Shown: positions 1 through 13,480 of the stretch, in pieces
Layout: each line of letters starts with the position of its first letter
How positions within the stretch are numbered: the first letter of the stretch is position 1
DNA from: the human T2T-CHM13v2.0 reference genome, Homo sapiens
DNA length: 64,000 nt
Strand: one strand, 5' to 3'
Assembly (NCBI RefSeq): GCF_009914755.1
Contig: NC_060938.1
Made by a program: the position numbers and the translations under genes
The notes under the pieces: model-generated
What the model saw: only the letters and a program-made list of their open reading frames with translations
The model's database searches: none
Told to the model about the DNA's origin: nothing

Positions 1-682
1 AATCCTGAATACAAACTTACATGTAAGTTATAATTCCAAGTATGTTTGAAAAATTACATATAAAAATAATGGAAGTAAATGCAACAAACTATTAACGGTA
101 GAATTTTATTTTACAACAATTCAAAATAATGAAACAAATCCTCAGGCTTACAACTTTCAACTATGTATTGTGATTTTCTTACTATTCCATTCAGTAGGAT
201 ACAGGTGGCATGGTTGCATTCTCAGTTTGTCAGTGTTCTCCTGGCATCATTATTAATAGTGTCCCTATCACTTTCACAAGTTTCCTGGTTTGCAGAATAA
301 ATTATATGGTTATCTGAGATATGGGAAACCTAATTTTCTTCCTTCTTCCCCAGTAATAATCTATACAATTCTGGACAACTCACCTATCCATGAAACAATT
401 TGATCTCTACCTTAAAATAGATATATCTCTGCTACTTAACTTCATAGAAATATTGTAAGGATTAATGAGGAGATGCTTGGAAAATACTTTGAGCTCATCA
501 GAGAAAAGTGCTATGATATTGCCACTAATAAATTTATTTACTAGCTTGCTGAGTAGAAAGTCAAGGGAAATCAAGATTTTGTGGGTATGAGCGACAAAAC
601 CAAATCAATCATGCATGTTCTGGAAGTCCATTTTATATAAGTTCCCCAGAGTAGAGTAGCTAGTGAACATAGAACTTTTCCA

Positions 683-686
683 AAAA

Positions 687-733
<47 letters not shown>
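683..733. repeat. poly(A) tract followed by (TA)n microsatellite
   Basis: About 21 A followed by a pure TA run, seen directly. Confidence 0.95.
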
Positions 734-736
<3 letters not shown>

Positions 737-1434
737 CATAGAACTTCTCCATATATATATATATAATCTATATATAATTAATTAGAAAAATTAGAGACAC
801 ATAAGCTAAATTTTGGCTCTTATAGGCTATTCAGTTAGCAGTCATGAGTAAATGTATTGAACTTCTCTTTCTTGGTGAAAATATTGTGTTCCATCAAGCA
901 CTAACCATATGGAAAGTTTGGAAGTTGAACAAAGACTGTTCATTAAGCTTGAAAGGGACAGATCAGAGCCAGCTAGCACTTTGTAACTTGGCAGTCAGGC
1001 CTCAAAATCAAGCCTATTATTTTAGTAGGCCAATTAAATTTTTTAGAAACTCAGTGGAAAGGTGGCATCTTCACACATTTTCAGCACCTTATAAATTAGG
1101 TACTTTTGCCTGGTACTAAAATATCCTTCTTGAACTTAAAAATCAAAATCAATAAATCAATCTACTTCTCAGGCAACAAAGAAGCAGATGAAAGGCAACA
1201 ACGGGGCAGATTAAACTTCTAGCAATGAATCCCAAATATACAGGAGCCTTAGTTTGATTAAGATGACAAAAAATCTCCTGGAGGAAGGGCACTCAAGTCT
1301 GGCTCATGGTCTCTTTGTTCTTCCTAAAATCTACATCCCTTGCATCAACTACAGTACTATAGTCAATGATTTGAAGTTGAAGCATAATATCTTATTTTTT
1401 CAGACATTGCAAGTATATAACAGATCACAAAGTT

Positions 1435-1668
1435 TTTTTTTCTTTTTTTTTTTTTAGACGGAGTCTCGCTCTGTCACCCAGGCTGGAGTGCAGTGGCACG
1501 ATCCTCACTGCAAGCTCCGCCTCCTGGCTTCACGCCATTCTCCTGCCTCAGCCTCCCGAGTAGCTGAGACTACAGGCGCCCGCCACTACGTCTGGCTATT
1601 TTTTTCTATTTTTCAGTAGAGACGGGGTTTCACCGTGTTAGCCAGGATGGTCGCGATCTCCTGACCTC
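1435..1668 (-). mobile_element. 5'-truncated AluY with 12-bp TSD
   Basis: Poly-T then antisense Alu with AluY-type motifs (gcaagctccgcc, cacgccattctcc, caccgtgttagccaggatgg). TSD gatcacaaagtt at 1423-1434 and 1669-1680. Confidence 0.92.
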
Positions 1669-4455
1669 GATCACAAAGTTGATTATCTTTTCACTTGTCA
1701 AGTTCTTACACTGTCTATCTAAAATTCATATCTTGACCTTTCATGTCTGTCTTCAAAAACAAATCATCTCTCTTCCCACTCTCTGTCAATTGGATCTCTT
1801 TCTCTTTGCTTTGTTCTGGAGGAGAGAAAGGTATAGCTGTATTATTTTCTTCTTTGTCTGAATTAAACAGCTGTTCTTGGAGAGTGGTGAGCAGTTCTTT
1901 ATGCAAAGGAGAACTGGTTACTTAGTTTTGTACCATTTACAAAAAAAGTAAGAAAATGCTGAAAACCAGTATCTTAAAATATTCACTTTATTCAGTTTTA
2001 TTTTAATTGGGGCACAGATATAAGGGAATATTTTTAGTTGAATAAGGAATAAAAATATTTTGTTATAAATCCTCAAGAATATTTATACCTTAAAATTGTT
2101 TTTATAATTCTGTTTCTATGACATCCAAATGGGCAAAATTTTTTCTGGAATTTAGACAGATTTACAAATAATTGCATAAATATGTCTAGAAATTGAAAAA
2201 TTAAAAGAAAAATACAACAATGAGAAAGTGAATTGAACTTGAAAAATACCCTAATTGTGAAAACCAAACTTTCATAGTATTATTTTAATGTTTTCTGATT
2301 TGCATTTTGGGAATTCTTGCCTTCACTGTGTTTTTTTCCTTAGATTTTCTCTACATACTGTTCACAAAATTCAGTTAAAAACTATTTTAGAGATTTTCTA
2401 GGGAAAGGGCTGCATGCTCAGTCATTGACTGTTACTTACTTTGGTACAATTAGGGGTATTAAATTTGAGTTCATAGGATTTGTGCTTCTCCCCACACAGG
2501 CTGACTATTCATAGCTGTTGCTGCTTGGAATACATATTGGCTTAATTAATCAGTACTATTTGGAACTCTGTGAAAATGCAAACTAATTATGAACTTTCTC
2601 TGATAAGAGACAATTTTGGCTCCTGATTATTTGCTTTTCCCTACATTTATATAACAGCAATCTCATGAAATCGAGCATTAGATCAGCATGTTACTGATTT
2701 GCACTTCAGGCAATTTGCACCTCTGAATTGCTTTCCTTTCTGATATCCTCAGATGCAAAATCTTGAAAAAGAGCATGCAGTCAGACCTTTATTTGATTGT
2801 TTGATAATTGTTTTTCCTCTCTGTTTCCAGTAGCATTATTTGTGGAAGACCATAGCAGTGGGAGTTCTTGTCACAGAAATCTTTTGACCTCTGTGTTTGG
2901 TAGCTATAGACTGCAATGAGTTTATCTCTTCATAGGGGAAATTGAGAAGAGATCACTGCTACCCACTACCCAAGGTCTGGTTTTCTTTACAAAGCTTCTG
3001 CATAAATCACAACTACATAGCTTCAATGATGGACCTAACTCTTGCTTGGAAGTGTGGCAGCAGAGTTGGATTTAAGAGTCATGGATTTAAGAGCAGAGTC
3101 ATGGATTTAAGCTACAGTCTCATCACTACTTTATTTATAGTAAACACTCTGGGGGAGACTTTTAGTGCTAGATTCTTTGCTAGACTCTGGTGTTGAAATA
3201 TATGTCAGCTATGGCCTCAGCTCTCAAGGCATTAGTTGTGTTTGTGTGTATTGTGTGTTTTGAGGGAGGTGTTAGGTGTTGGTTGAAAGAATGAGGAAGG
3301 GGAGCAAGATTTGAGGAGAAAACAAACATGCAAACGTACATGGTTTCATTGAATAATCTGCACTTCTGAATTGTCAATACATCCATCTGATTCAGTCATA
3401 ATTGAATTAGAATCATCCTGAGCGGCGGTGGAAAACATTGAATATTTTTTTTCACACTGAAGCCAGAACTCTTGGGTACCATAACCCAGCAATATTGTTT
3501 GCTGGCTGTCACTTAAACTCACAAAACACCTCTGTTTTATCATCTCTAATAAATACAGACACAATATTCTGTTTTATATATATGTATATATCTTGCAAAA
3601 TTATTGTGATGATGAAAAATGAAATGTAATACACACTGAATAATGCATAGTAGATGGTAAGCACTAAATAAATGGCTATGTAAGCAGTGATTCCTCTCTT
3701 TGTTATCTTCATCATTACAATTTCTACATAGGTTTTATTTCAGTGATTTTTATAGTAATGACTTTGCTTATTTTATAAAAATACTTCATGCCAAAGAGTA
3801 CAAAGAAAACAAAATAAATCACCCCAAATTTTCAGAAACAACCAATGTTAACTGTTGGTGGAATTCATTTGGGTGATTTTTTTGTTTGTTTCTTCTTTGC
3901 ACTTTTTGCTATTTTTCAAGTTTAAAAGGAATAAGCACATACAATTATTATAATAGCTGTAAAATAGTTATATGTGTTTCAAATTTCATACTCCAAAAAG
4001 TTTGGATATAGATGGAAGATACATAACTATATGTATAGTGAGAGAGAGAGCTAGCAGAATAGATAAAAAATAATTTTATAATAAAAGAATACTATATCTG
4101 CTTTTTTAATTGGAAGTATTAAATTTATCTATGTGACTGCATTATTTCCTAAAAGGTCACATTTTTTAAAAAAAAATTTAAAAAACATTAGAAGATTGCA
4201 TCATTATAATTTATTTCTTAAATTTTAATTACATGTATATCTATGAATAATTTATGCATAAACATATATATATAATGTCAAATCCTAAGAAAATGTATAC
4301 AACTTAGGGAATTATCACAAAACAAACACCTCCACAACTACCACTCAGAATAACTTTTTTTTGCAAAATAGATTACTACTCCTTGATTTGTCTTCAAAGA
4401 TACCCACTATTTGGAGTTTACTTTTCTTAATGTTTTGATATTTATATACCCACAC

Positions 4456-5242
4456 TGTGGTAGGCCAATAATGCCTCTGAAAGGCATGTCCATGTCTTAA
4501 TCCATGGAGCCTGACTTTATTTGAATTAGGGCATTTGCAGATGTATTTAAGATATTTGAGGCTGGGCACAGTGGCTCAGTCTGTAATCCCAGCACTTTGA
4601 AAGGCCGAGGCAGGTGGATTCACCTGAGGTCAGGAGTTCGAGACCAGCCTGTCCCACATGGAGAAAAGCCCGTATCTACCAAAAATACAAAAGTTAGCTG
4701 GGTGTGGTGGTGGCGGCACATGTAATCCCAGCTACTCGAGAGCCTGAGGCAGGGAGAATCACTTGAACACAGGAGGCTGAGGTTGCAGTAAGCCAAGATC
4801 GCACCATTGCACTCCAGCCTGGGTGGCAGAGCAAGACTCTGTCTTGGAAAAAAAAAAAAAAAAAAAAAAGAAGAGAGAAAAAAGAAATTTGAGAGGAGAT
4901 CATCCTGGGTTATCTGAGTGAGCCCTAAATGCCATGACAAGTGTCCTTGTAAAAAGGAGACAGAGGGAGCAGAAGGCAACGGGACAATAGAAACGGAGAA
5001 GTTTGAAGATGCTGTGATTCTGGCTTTGAAAATAGAGGAAGGCCCACAGGATGGAAGAGGCCATGAATGGATTATCTTTTGGAGTCTCCATTGAGAATAC
5101 AGCCCTTCTGCCATCTTGACTTCAGGTCAGTGAAACAAATGTTGTACTTCTGGTCTCTCTAACTGAGAGAGAATGAATTTATCTTGTTTAAAATCACTAA
5201 GTTTGTGATAAGTTTTTACAACAGCCCCAGGAAACAAATACA
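4456..5242 (+). mobile_element. MLT1-type (MaLR) solo LTR interrupted by an Alu
   Basis: TG start (tgtggtaggcc), MLT1-like motifs (tttgcagatgt, gagatcatcctgggttatc, ccctaaatgccatgacaagtgtcctt), and 3' end acagccccaggaaacaaataca. Confidence 0.8.
4560..4885 (+). mobile_element. AluS element nested in the MLT1 LTR
   Basis: Full Alu dimer from gctgggcacagtggctca to an A-rich tail. Near-TSD aaga(t/a)atttgag on both sides. Confidence 0.93.
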
Positions 5243-5259
5243 CACTCATTTATTTTCTT

Positions 5260-6050
5260 TTACTGATTAACATTATGCATTGGGAGTTTGACCTATGTTG
5301 TTACATGTAGTTCTAATTTGTTCATTTTCCTTGCTGAATAATATTCAATATGCAATTTTAAAAATTCATCTTTTTTAAAACAAATAATGCTGCTATGTAC
5401 ATACTTGCTTGTATCTTGTGGTATAAATATGTAAGTGGGTAGCTGCATTCATTTACTTTTTCTCCAACAGTCTATGAGAATTTCCCTTGTTCTGTATCTT
5501 CAATTGTCATCGTTATTGTTAGTCTTTTAATGTTAGACAAACTAGTATGTGTAGAATGGTATGTCATTACAGTTTTAATTTAAATTTCTCTAACAAATAA
5601 TGAGCCATTTTCATCAGGACTGAGCCTTGGGTGAAGTAAGAGAGGCATCTAAGGTATACAATTTAAGGACGTGTTTATTCCCTTTCTTTTCTGTCCTTGT
5701 TTGTGATGAATAATTTCTACTTTATCAAACAAAATTGTAATAGGTATACAATTGATTTTTGCTTTTTGTGCATTTGTTATAAATCCAGTCACCTTACCAA
5801 ACTGGCTTTTATTTCTAATTGTTTGTAGATAATTTTTGACATTTGTACATAGCCATGCCATCTCCAAAATAGCATTTACTTTCCTTTTCAATATTTACAA
5901 ATTTAACTTCTTTTAATTGCCTTATCCTACTACCTGGGCCACTATAAATCTTTTATAATTGTTTTGATGTCTATAGAAACTGTAGTCATGTCCTCTCCTT
6001 TATTAATTTCTCACACTGGTAATTTCTGGTCTCTCTTTCTGTCTCACTGT
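5260..6050 (-). mobile_element. old L1M fragments
   Basis: T-rich antisense L1-like motifs (aataatgctgctatg, ctccaacagtctatgagaatttccc, tacaattgattttt). Confidence 0.6.
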
Positions 6051-6090
6051 TTATCTTTCTGTCACTCTCTTCCCCTCTTTCTCCGTGTGG

Positions 6091-6091
<1 letters not shown>

Positions 6092-6136
<45 letters not shown>
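6092..6136. repeat. (TG)n microsatellite
   Basis: Pure TG run, seen directly. Confidence 0.97.
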
Positions 6137-6137
<1 letters not shown>

Positions 6138-6157
6138 TGTATAAAAGAATTTAAATA

Positions 6158-6483
6158 TACGGATAGTCCTTGACTTAGTGATGGTTTGACTTACAATTTT
6201 TTGACTTTACAATACTGCAAAACAATCACAATTTCAACATAATATACCATATTCAATACATTACATGAGAGATTCAACACTTTCTGATAAAGTAGGCTTT
6301 CTGTTAGATAATTTTGCCCAACTGTAGGCTAATGTTAGTGCACCGAGCATGTTTAACGTAGGTTAGGCTAAGCGATGATGTTTGGCAGGTTGGGTATACT
6401 AAATGCATTTTCTACTAATGATATTTTCAATTATATTGGGTTTATCAGGATGTAACCCTATCATAAGTTGAGGAACACCTGTA
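6158..6483. mobile_element. MER47/Tigger5-type TcMar DNA transposon relic
   Basis: Imperfect terminal inverted repeats (cggatagtccttgactta / taagttgaggaacacctg) flanked by TA. Internal ttttgcccaactgtaggctaatg motif. Confidence 0.75.
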
Positions 6484-6566
6484 CTATAATTATGCAATTA
6501 TAAAGAGATTCATTATTTTTTCCAGGCAAAACATTTATTTTGTTGATTTTTCTCTTATACGTCTGT

Positions 6567-7235
6567 TGTATTAGTCAGTTTTCAAATTACTATAAATATA
6601 CTACCTGAGCCTGGGTAATTTATAAATAAAAATGATTTACTTGATTCACAGTTCTGCATGGCTGGGGAGGCCTCAGGAAACATACAATCATGACAAAAGG
6701 TAAAGGAGAAGCAATGCACATCTTACATCGCAGCAGGAGAGAGAGCAGGAAAAACTGCCACTTTTTTTTTTTTTTAAGACAGAGTCTTGCTGTGTAGCCC
6801 AGACTGGAGTGTAGTGGTGTGATCTCAGCTCACTGCAACCTCCACCTCCCAGGTTCAAGTGATTCCCCTGTCTCAGCCTCCTGAGTAGCTGAGATTACAG
6901 ACGTGTGCCACTATACCCAGCTAATTTTTTTTTGTATTTTTTGTAGTGATGTGTTTTTGCCATGTTGGCCAGCTGGTTTTGAACTCTTGATCTAAAGTGA
7001 TCCACCTACCTCAGCCTCCCTAAGTGCTGGGATTACAGGTGTGATCCATTGCACTGGACAAAACTGCCACTTTTAAAACCATCAGATCTCATGACAACTC
7101 CCTCACTATCACGGGATAGCATGGAGGAAACCACCCCCATGATCCAATTACCTCCCACCAAGTCCCTCCTTCAACACGTGGAGATTACAATTAAAGATGA
7201 GATTTGGGCAGGGACAGAGTGCCAAACCACATCAT
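6567..7235 (-). mobile_element. THE1/MST (MaLR) solo LTR interrupted by an Alu
   Basis: Motifs tgtattagtc, ggctggggaggcctcaggaaac, cccccatgatccaattacctccc, gatgagatttgggcagggacag, ending ccaaaccacatca. Confidence 0.88.
6766..7059 (-). mobile_element. AluS nested in the MaLR LTR, 15-bp TSD
   Basis: Antisense Alu. TSD aaaactgccactttt at 6751-6765 and 7060-7074. Confidence 0.93.
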
Positions 7236-10194
7236 CCTCATTTTTTTCAATAATTTCCTCATCATATCTCGTCATGTATTTATTTACATGTATTTTTAAA
7301 TTGAGTACTAGGCATTATATATGAAAAACTGAGAGTAATTTGAGGCCCTGGAAATGTTAACATTCTCTAGAGAGGAATTACATTTGCTCTTTGCAGTAAG
7401 CTAAGGACACTAGCAGGTTACTTTAATGCATCCATAAGTGTACAGATAATCAGACACTAGGTTTATGTCCCTGAGTGGGCTGGTCTTTATCAAGTGTAGT
7501 CCTTGCCCCCAACTCAAAGCCTGGAGGGTACTGTGCTCCAATTCTCCCCACCACATTCCCTTGCACACTCACAGTTACATGCATTTCACTTCCAAAAGTA
7601 TTCCTTAGTTTTGCAATCTATTTTTTAACTTCCTAGAATCAGTAAAAATCTTGAGCTGAAAAGTGATGCTCAATGCCAAGCTCATCTCTTGGATCTGGGC
7701 TTTGCAATTTTCCATGGCTTTGTTAACACTTAGTGTCTCAAAGAAAATTTTGTTTTTGTGTTCCATGGGAGAGTTGATATCAATTACAAATCTGCAGTTA
7801 CTGGTAGAAGTTCCTGTGGTTTCTATTTTACCTTAAGATTTTACTTTTAGACTGCTCCAGTCTACATCTTTTTATAAGAGGTTATGTGAGAACAGTTTTT
7901 TTTAATTCTCTTCTGCAACCTCTGGAGTTTTGTAACTTGCATTATTCTTGTTTTACTAAAATTTATGCCTTTTTTCTATAGTCTGCAAGAAGTTTTCTTT
8001 AGTTGCTTAATCTATGTGCTGTATTTATAGGACTTATTGTTCATCTGTCATTTCATAAAATGTCTCTTTTTACTTTCTCCTTATTTTGGCTCATTCTTTG
8101 GCTAGATTTTTGGGGTGATGCTGTCTCAGTTCTCTTATGTCTATTTGTTGTTTGAATGACCCTTCAGGTTTTACATAATTTTTTCAGCCATCCTTTTATT
8201 TTCTTAAGAATGTCCTGGTAACATGTTTCCCCTATAAATCTACATCCAAATCCTTCCTTAATTTAAGGAATCACTACATGATAATGAACTTTTAATTCTC
8301 TTTCATTCCAATTTGAGTTATCAATGTCAGTGCCAATTTTTCAAGATATCATTGCCTGCACTCTTCACATATTATCTTGTTTATAATGACTTGAATCAGT
8401 TTTGTTTTTGAACATACATAGCTACACTCCCCCCAGAGGAATAGGGAACTCACATATGCAAAAGAAAATCCACGGGAACACCCACAACACAATTTATACA
8501 TCATCCAGTATTACTGAGTAAAGGCTCTTGGAATAAGAGTTTTCAACACAAATAGAATATGAAAAACTATAATATGCATACAAAATGTGAGAGGACTTGG
8601 ACATTTAAAAAAAGTACTTCTAGTTGAAAACTAATGTGTAGACTGACTAGCAGAAAAGATATAGGTGGAATTGATGAGCATAAAATTATTAAATAAAAAC
8701 AAAAAATAGGAGTACATGATAAATATTTTCAAAGTATGATATCTGAGATAGCAGAGATCAGAATAACAAAATCATCACTGAGATGCTGCAATAGGAAACC
8801 GTGATACCTTCATGGGCTGCCAAGGAAGCCTAAGCTATTTGTTACTGCACTCAGTGTCCCCAGACACCTGTGTGGCTGTCACTGCCTCTGGTGTGTCCAT
8901 TTTACTTCTCTTCTTCTGCCTGAGCTTCTGCTCTGAACTCTGTCTCTAACTTACAAGAAATCAAACTCACTGGATTCTGAGCTCTTCGGGGTCAAGGACT
9001 GTGTCAGTAGTTCATGTCTCTTTCTAGAGATCACAGCTGAATATCTGGCACAGAGCAGATACTCAGCCAATGCCAAATGATTCATTTGCCAGAAAGCTGA
9101 ATTTCATCCATAAACCTAGTCAATGCAAATACATTCTGCCGGTGGGGTGTGTTTGTCCTCTGAAGGCATTTTCCCAGGCATTGTAAATACATACAGGCCA
9201 TTTAGAAATTTGAATGTCAAACAGTAAAGGAGCTTAGAAAGTAAACATTGGAGAAGTGTGGGAGGGTGGTATTATTTGCAAAACATTCCTGGGTCCTTGT
9301 GAGTTCTATACACCCTGGATGAGCACAGATTCTGGGCCAGACCAGACACCCAGCTGGACCCAGGAGATACTGAGGTGAGTAAAGCCAAAATGCCTCCCTT
9401 CAGCAGGAGTTAGGCAGTCACACCAAAGTGATAAAGGCACAAAACCCAGAGGCAGCAGAGGAGCAAGGACTACCTTGTTCCTGGACTCTGTGACCTCAGG
9501 CAGAGCTTTCAGAGGAGGACATCTGTGCAGGACTTGGAAGGATGAACACAAATTTGCCTAGCAGAAAGGGGAGCCAAGGAAATCCTGATGGAGAACAGCT
9601 TGGGTGAGAGTGTGAGCCACAGGATTGAGGGGCACAGGCATGGAACTGGAGGAGCAGAAAGAATGAGGTGTGATAAAATTGGGAGGTCAGCAGAGGTCAA
9701 TCACAGAAGGTTTTGAATCCTGGTGAGGGAGAAGTGGGTGCTGCACAAGGAACATGGGCCTGGAGGACATGCAGTTAGCTCTGAGTGAAGATGGAGCACG
9801 CCGTCCACTAGGGAACCACAAGATGCAAGAGAAATAAGAACCTCGAGAAGCCTGCACAAAGGATGAGGGGCCCAGGGGTAGCACCAAGAAGGTCCCTGTC
9901 AGAGGCCAGCTTTGAACGGAGATGGAAAAGACTCTTGAGGGCCTCAGCTGCTGCAAACCTCCTCAACAAACCATATTTTACCTTCAAATATTTGCTAAAG
10001 AATACTAACTACTGGAAGAGCAATGGTCCATTGATAATAATTATTCCCTCACTACATTTTTTACAATTCTCAAAATGCTCTCAGTCCAGTGTCCCATTGG
10101 AACCCCCATAAAATCCCATTTTATAAATAGGGAAATGAGGCCCTGTGATGTCACACCGAGGTTTGCAGCAGTTCCAGGATAGAAAATAGGGAGC

Positions 10195-10582
10195 ACTTTC
10201 ATCTCAGCCTCAAAGTTCCTTTTCTGGGAGGGGGTCCTTGAGTCCATCCAGCAGCCCATAGTCCAAGTCTTCTTCTTCCTCCTTGGGCTTCTCCACACCT
10301 GTGTCCAAAGCCTCCTTCTCCTCCTTTGTTCTCAGGTACCACTACCGGTTGCTGGGCAGGGAGCCCTCCTGCTGCTGCCCATCCTAGGGTGCATCCTCCA
10401 ACATGGGTGCATTGTGGTTCAGCCAGGACCTACACCACCTTCAGCCCAGTACTCCTGTGGTGAGCCTGAGGTTCCTCCCTATCAAATGGAGATGTGCTGG
10501 GGTTGCTGCCTTTGCTGAAGCCCATGTCCAGGTTATCTTGGGGGTGGCCAAGGTTACAGGGCCTTGGGGACAGGCCAGAGGG
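10195..10582 (-). pseudogene. BSNDP: BSND (barttin) pseudogene, last coding exon
   Basis: Acceptor ttttgcccctgtag| at 10583-10584. Translation gives PLACPQGP..., QDNLDMGFSKGSNPSTSPFDREE and [54 protein letters not shown]...PEKEL. This matches the barttin C-terminus as I recall it ([37 protein letters not shown]...KEEEDLYYGLPDG...DKEL). It has a frameshift and in-frame stops. Confidence 0.92.
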
Positions 10583-10619
10583 CTACAGGGGCAAAAACCA
10601 AGAGGATGAGGGGATCTCT

Positions 10620-10812
10620 GAGTCAGACCGCCTGGATCCACATCCCAGAGACTAGCTGCAAGGCCTGGGGAAGACTGGTTCACCTCTCTGGGGGTCAGTT
10701 TTCTCCTCTGTAAAGTGGGAGGTATAACAGATTCACTCCTACAGTTGTCTCTGAGCTTTACAGCCGGTAATGTGTGCAAAGTACTTCGCACAATGCCTGG
10801 CACATGGTAGGT
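10620..10812 (+). mobile_element. MIR
   Basis: MIR core: cagttttctcctctgtaaagtggg ... gtgcaaagtacttcgcacaatgcctggcacatggtag. Confidence 0.8.
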
Positions 10813-11349
10813 GATAATAAACAGGGTTACTATGATATCATCATCTGAGCTAGGTCACTCATGTACTTCTCCAATGCTTCAGGGTTCCCCTCCATTCCTC
10901 ACAGGGCAGCAGCAAGTGAAAGGGATACCCCTGACCTTGAGGAGCTCACATCTACTCATTTCCCAGGGGTCTCCATCCAGTGCCCACACATGCCTGGCAT
11001 GCTGTAGGCACCTCATTCACATCTGGTGAAAGAGTGGAAAGCAGGTCATTGTCATGTATTGTTTGGCACAGAATCTGCAGTAGGGGACAGAGAAGTGAGT
11101 GACTGTAGTTGTGCCCACCAATTCCTGTCCCTGAACTTACAGGGATCAAGAGGCCTTAGCAAGTCTAGTACCAGGGAGTGGACACTGTGTGGTGGAGCAG
11201 GAGGCAGGTCTTAAGAAAGGCAGTGGGGTGACGAGAGGAGCTCTGCATTTGAGGTCTGGGAGATCCTCCATCAGGACTTCACCAAAGGCCCCGGGCTGGT
11301 CATCCCTCTTCCCAGAATCTCTCTATGCTCTTCTGTATAATGGGGCTAG

Positions 11350-11839
11350 CCTGGAAGAGATACTTGCACAACCATGTTCAGAGCAGCATCATCCACAATA
11401 ACCAAAAGGTGGAAGCAACCCAAGTGTCCATGGATGGATGGACGGAACAACAAAATGCTGTCTATGCATACAGTGGAATAGTGTTCAGCCTTGAAAAGGA
11501 AGGAGAGTCTGACACCTGCTGCATCAAGAGTGAACCTTGAGGACATTAGGTTGAGCAAAATAAGCAAGACCAAAAAGAAAAATGCTGTATTATTCCACTT
11601 TTCCAAGGCATCTAGAGTAGTCAAATCTACAGAGACAGACAGGAGAATGGTGGCTACCAGGTCCTGGGGAGGGTGGTGATTGAGGTGTTGTTTTTAAATG
11701 AGTTACTGAATTGTAGTTTTACAAGATGAAAAGCATTCTGCAAATTGGTTGCACAACATTGCGAATGTATTCAATGCTATTGAAATGTAAACTTAAACAT
11801 AGTTAGACACTAAATTTTAGTATATTTTACCACAATTCT
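11350..11839 (+). mobile_element. L1MB-type 3' end inserted in a MIR
   Basis: Motifs ggaagcaacccaagtgtccatggatggatg, gaaccttgaggacatt and ttttaccacaat. TSD-like tataatgggg at 11336-11345 and 11840-11849. Confidence 0.8.
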
Positions 11840-11980
11840 TATAATGGGGTAGTTATGCCTGTCTCCTTGTGTTGCTGTAGGATTTCATGAGATAACATAT
11901 AAGGAACCACCCAGAATGTTGCCTGGCACATAGTAACTGCTCAATAAATCACAACTGGATGCTATTGAAGATAAAGTTAC

Positions 11981-12280
11981 CTGAGCTCTCTGAGGCTTGC
12001 TCTCTTCAGCTGAAAATTCTCCCAAAATATATGAGATGAGACCCTACTGTATTATACAGGGTTCATAAATAGCACTCCCCCTTTTCCCTTCCCACAGAGT
12101 GCAGTGAATAGAAGACACTTCTCTGCACCCCAAAAGCTCCATGCTGATTGCGAGAAGGAAATGCTGGATGGAGGGGTTCCTGGTACCACTGTGAGGGGTG
12201 AGATTTCCCCAGATGTCTAGAAATGAGGCAGGGGCCCGACATCTTCCACCCCCACTAAGGTTACCTTGCAGTTCCTAGCT
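11981..12280 (-). pseudogene. possible highly degraded BSND exon 3 relic
   Basis: Patchy similarity to my recollection of the barttin exon 3 sequence (gtaa..gtggg..ggaag; cctgcctcatttc = LPHF vs LPDF; acagtg..acca) and a cag|gtaac donor at 11980. Much weaker than exons 1 and 4 and could be chance. Confidence 0.25.
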
Positions 12281-12342
12281 GGCTCTATACTTCCTAGAAA
12301 CTGCCACTTTTCTGCCTCCATTACCTCATAGCCCAGTCAGCA

Positions 12343-12850
12343 CTATCATCATCATCACCATGATCACCACCACCATCCTTACAATCACCAACACTATCAT
12401 CGTCGCCATCACCATTCTTACCCTCGCCATTCTCACCATCATCAACACCAGCATCTTCACCATAACTATCACTATCGTTATCACCACCTTCACCATCACC
12501 ATCCTCACCATAATAATTATTGTCACCCTCCTCATCCTCATAATCGTCATCATTATCATCATTACCATCACTATCATCATCACTATCACCATTCTCACCA
12601 TCATCATCCTCATCATCATCACCATTATCCTCACCATAAATATCACTATTATCATCACCACCTTCGCCATCACCATCCTTATCATCACCATCACAATCAC
12701 CACCATCACCATTCTCACCATCACCATGTTCACCTTTACCACTCTCACCATCATCATCACCTTCATCATCCTCAACATAACTATCACTTCATTATCACCT
12801 CCACCTTCACCATCACCATCCTCACCATCATCATCACCACCATCACAACG
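12343..12850. repeat. (CAT/CAC)n low-complexity repeat, copy A
   Basis: Degenerate cat/cac/cct trinucleotide array with the recurring motif cataactatcact. Confidence 0.95.
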
Positions 12851-12854
12851 ATCT

Positions 12855-13480
12855 TTGCTACATGGAACCATGAATTCTGGGTATGAGGGCTCTTGGGTCA
12901 GGGCATCGAACACATCTTGTAGGATAGAAACCCAGCCCCTCAGGGTCTCACAGTTGGTGAAGTAACTGATTCTTGTGAGGTCATGTTCCTCTGAGTGATG
13001 TGGGATGTCACAAGACCAATAAATATGGGCTGAAGCCCATGGCATCACTTCTTTTTTTGTAAAATAAGCTCCATCATCAGTAGCAATTGCATGATAGCAG
13101 AGAATAAGAACTCAGCAAATGTAAATAATTTGATGCTATGAGAAGCATACGAAGTGGAGTCCATATTCTGATATGCATCTATTCCAGTGAGGGCAATTCT
13201 TTACCACTTCCATGAAGGAAGGGAAAGAATATTATTACAACATTACCAGAAATCTGTCTGGTCTAGGCAAGGTAGTTCCTCTTTCCAGGGTCTCAGCATT
13301 GCTCATTGTTGGCAGTCAGGGCACTCATCTGGGCAGTAGGCAGCACTGCTGCAGGGAAGTTCATGTTATTGGAAACATGTACCATCTTCGCCTGCTACCA
13401 TCGCCACATTGTCCATGAACCCACTGGGCAAACGATGAGGAATCTGGGAAAAGTTCTCATAACCAGAATATAATCATCCA
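12855..13480 (-). mobile_element. ERVL-class internal (pol/integrase) relic
   Basis: Minus-strand peptide WASAHIYWSCDIPHHSE...TLRGWVSILQDVFDALTQEP resembles ERV-L integrase (WAHAHGIHWSYHVPHHPE...TLQGWGKVLQKAVYALNQRP). Confidence 0.7.

Noticed and set aside
4620-5114. 164-aa ORF and similar Alu-containing ORFs (16466-17071, 37939-38199, 63458-63682)
   Set aside because: These are read-throughs of Alu or LTR sequence.
12326-13048. 240-aa and 201-aa Met/Val- or Ile/Thr-rich ORFs, also at 32185-32792
   Set aside because: These are translations of the (CAT/CAC)n low-complexity repeats. Only the N-terminal part of the 240-aa ORF reflects an ERVL integrase relic.
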